Notes under the pieces: generated by a model
Databases searched by the model: none
The model's input: the letters and a program-made list of their open reading frames with translations, nothing else
What the model was told of the DNA's origin: nothing
Assembly: GCF_001194135.2 (NCBI RefSeq)
Contig: NC_068984.1
Coordinates: 8,814,849-8,878,848, forward strand
Length of the DNA: 64,000 bases
Source of the DNA: Octopus bimaculoides
Lineage: Eukaryota
Direction: 5' to 3'
Made by a program: the position numbers and the translations under genes
Part shown: positions 62,326 through 64,000 of the stretch, piece after piece
How positions within the stretch are numbered: the stretch's first letter is position 1
Layout: each line of letters opens with the position of its first letter

Positions 62326-62480
62326 ATAAATGTTTGGTGTGTTTATGTCCCCATATGTCAGCAGTACGACAAAATAGACTGACCGAATTAGAAGCAGGCT
62401 TAAAAGAAAAACAAATACTGCGGTCGATTCATTCGATCAAAAATTCTTCAAGGTGGTGCTCCAGCATGGCCGCAGTCTAG
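61465..62480. mobile_element. Cluster of three SINE A copies: 61465-61650 (minus, 3' half), 61936-62287 (minus, internal deletion), 62330-62480 (plus, 3' part)
   Basis: Each matches A segments seen elsewhere in the window. Confidence 0.85.
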
Positions 62481-62735
62481 CCCACTAAGGCAAGTGTAAG
62501 ATAAAAGACAAACAGACAGCTTATGTTGTATGGTGTTTGATATATTGGTGTCCGTTTATTGGAACCGCTGTTTTGTTGTTGACGCTTCGATTGCGCCGCT
62601 CCCTGGTCGCAGCTTGAGTTTCTCCTTGCTTTCCTTCTACCGGTCTTAATGGCCCTGACAAAGGGGTCAGTGACGCTGCTCCGTTTCTCTCTCACACTAA
62701 GGCGTCCGGATGGCATTTGAACTGAGAGCCAAGAA

Positions 62736-62736
62736 C

Positions 62737-62798
<62 letters not shown>

Positions 62799-62839
62799 GA
62801 GTGGTGGTGGTGGTAGTAGTAGTAGTAGTTGGGGTGGTT

Positions 62840-62875
<36 letters not shown>

Positions 62876-63132
62876 ATAGTGGTAGTAGTAGTAGTAGTAG
62901 TAGTAGTGATAGTGGTAGTAGTAGTGGTGGTGGTGGTAGTAGTAGTAGTAGTAATAGCAGTAGTAGGTGTGGTGGTGGTGGTGGTAATAGTAGTAGGGGT
63001 GGTGGTGGTAGTAGTAGTAAACCTGCGGTTGCGGCGGCGGCGGCGGTGGTGGTAGTGGTAGTAGTAGAAGTAGTAGTGTCAGTGGTAGTAGTAGAGGTAG
63101 TAGTGTTAGTGGAAGTGGTGGTGATAGTGGTT

Positions 63133-63183
<51 letters not shown>

Positions 63184-63230
63184 TAGCTGGGATAGTGGCG
63201 GCGGCTGTGGTAGTAGTAGTAGTAGAGGCA
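62736..63230. repeat. Compound (AGT/GGT)n trinucleotide tract
   Basis: Direct reading; source of the poly-S/V/Y ORFs. Confidence 0.97.
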
Positions 63231-63793
63231 TCAGTTGTAATTATATAGTGAATGTGTGTTGTGAATGAAAAGTGATTCATACAGAGCGCAATGAATGATT
63301 AAGAATGAACGCCGATGAAAAGCAAAAATATTTGTTCATTTCGAGCATAAAACAACACAAAAAAGAAAACAAAGAACAAAAAAGAAAGAAAGCGTTTTAA
63401 ATGATTACAAAACAAAACAAAACAAAAGGAGAGAAAGAAAGAGAGAGAGAGAACGAGCCGGAATCCGACGGGGCGCAGTTAAACAAAGAACTGATGTAAC
63501 GCTAATCAGAATGGAACCACCCAAAATAGGATCTGCTAATTATAAATTTATATTAAAAGGTGAACAGACTCTTCGAAATCGAACACTTATTATTATTGTT
63601 ATTAGTAGTATTAGTGCTCATTGCACTGCTTATACAATTAATTTATAATATTCCAGCTCTTCTAATTCTAAACCATTGTATGCCAGATCTATTAATATCA
63701 AATAATGTTGTCTTCGTTTTGGGATTAGGCTTATATATATATATACATTTATTTCTTTACTACCCACAGGGGGCAATTAGGCTTATATATATA

Positions 63794-63950
63794 GGCGCAG
63801 GCGTGGCTCGGTAGTAAAAAGTTTGTTTCCTAACCACGTGGTTCCAGGCTCAACCCTACTATGTAGCACCTTGGAGAAGTGTCTTCATCTATAATAGTGG
63901 TTCCCAACATGGGGTCCGCAAAGGTAGTACTGGTAGTCCGTGAAATAAAT
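63794..63950 (+). mobile_element. SINE A head (63794-63893) followed by the left end of a hAT-like MITE (from 63895)
   Basis: ggcgcaggcgtggctcggtag...ccttggagaagtgtcttc, then tagtggttcccaacatggggtcc. Confidence 0.7.
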
Positions 63951-63960
63951 TCAAAATCTC

Positions 63961-64000
<40 letters not shown>

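Noticed and set aside
62477-63280. Long poly-Y/H/L, poly-S/G and poly-V ORFs
   Set aside because: Products of the (AGT/GGT)n tract; only the unique part is kept as a weak candidate finding.

Overview
Eukaryotic, AT-rich, repeat-dense genomic DNA from a gapped short-read assembly. There are 18 N-runs, most abutting microsatellites or repeats. The SINE families look like those I recall from octopus genomes; this is inference from memory, not a search. No host protein-coding gene, rRNA, genuine tRNA or CRISPR array can be supported, and almost all long ORFs in the track are microsatellite or gap artefacts. The window is a mosaic of four tRNA-headed SINE families (called A-D here), mariner/Tc1 and hAT derivatives (including two fold-back mariner elements), CR1-like and RTE LINE fragments, R4/Dong-type RLE retrotransposon 3' ends sitting in (AAT)n tracts, a 177-bp solo-LTR-like insert, and one motif-rich candidate promoter. 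The most interesting signal is a set of minimal type-I hammerhead-ribozyme-like motifs of the Penelope-associated, loop-less stem III (dimer-forming) kind, from two sequence families. One family has a canonical CUGAUGA core and is physically linked to a tRNA-like Pol III head (49.7-50.4 kb; best-preserved motif at 16.1 kb). The other has variant cores and occurs three times within 440 bp, two of them in the arms of a 139-bp palindrome (45.9-46.4 kb). None of these motifs has been shown here to be active.
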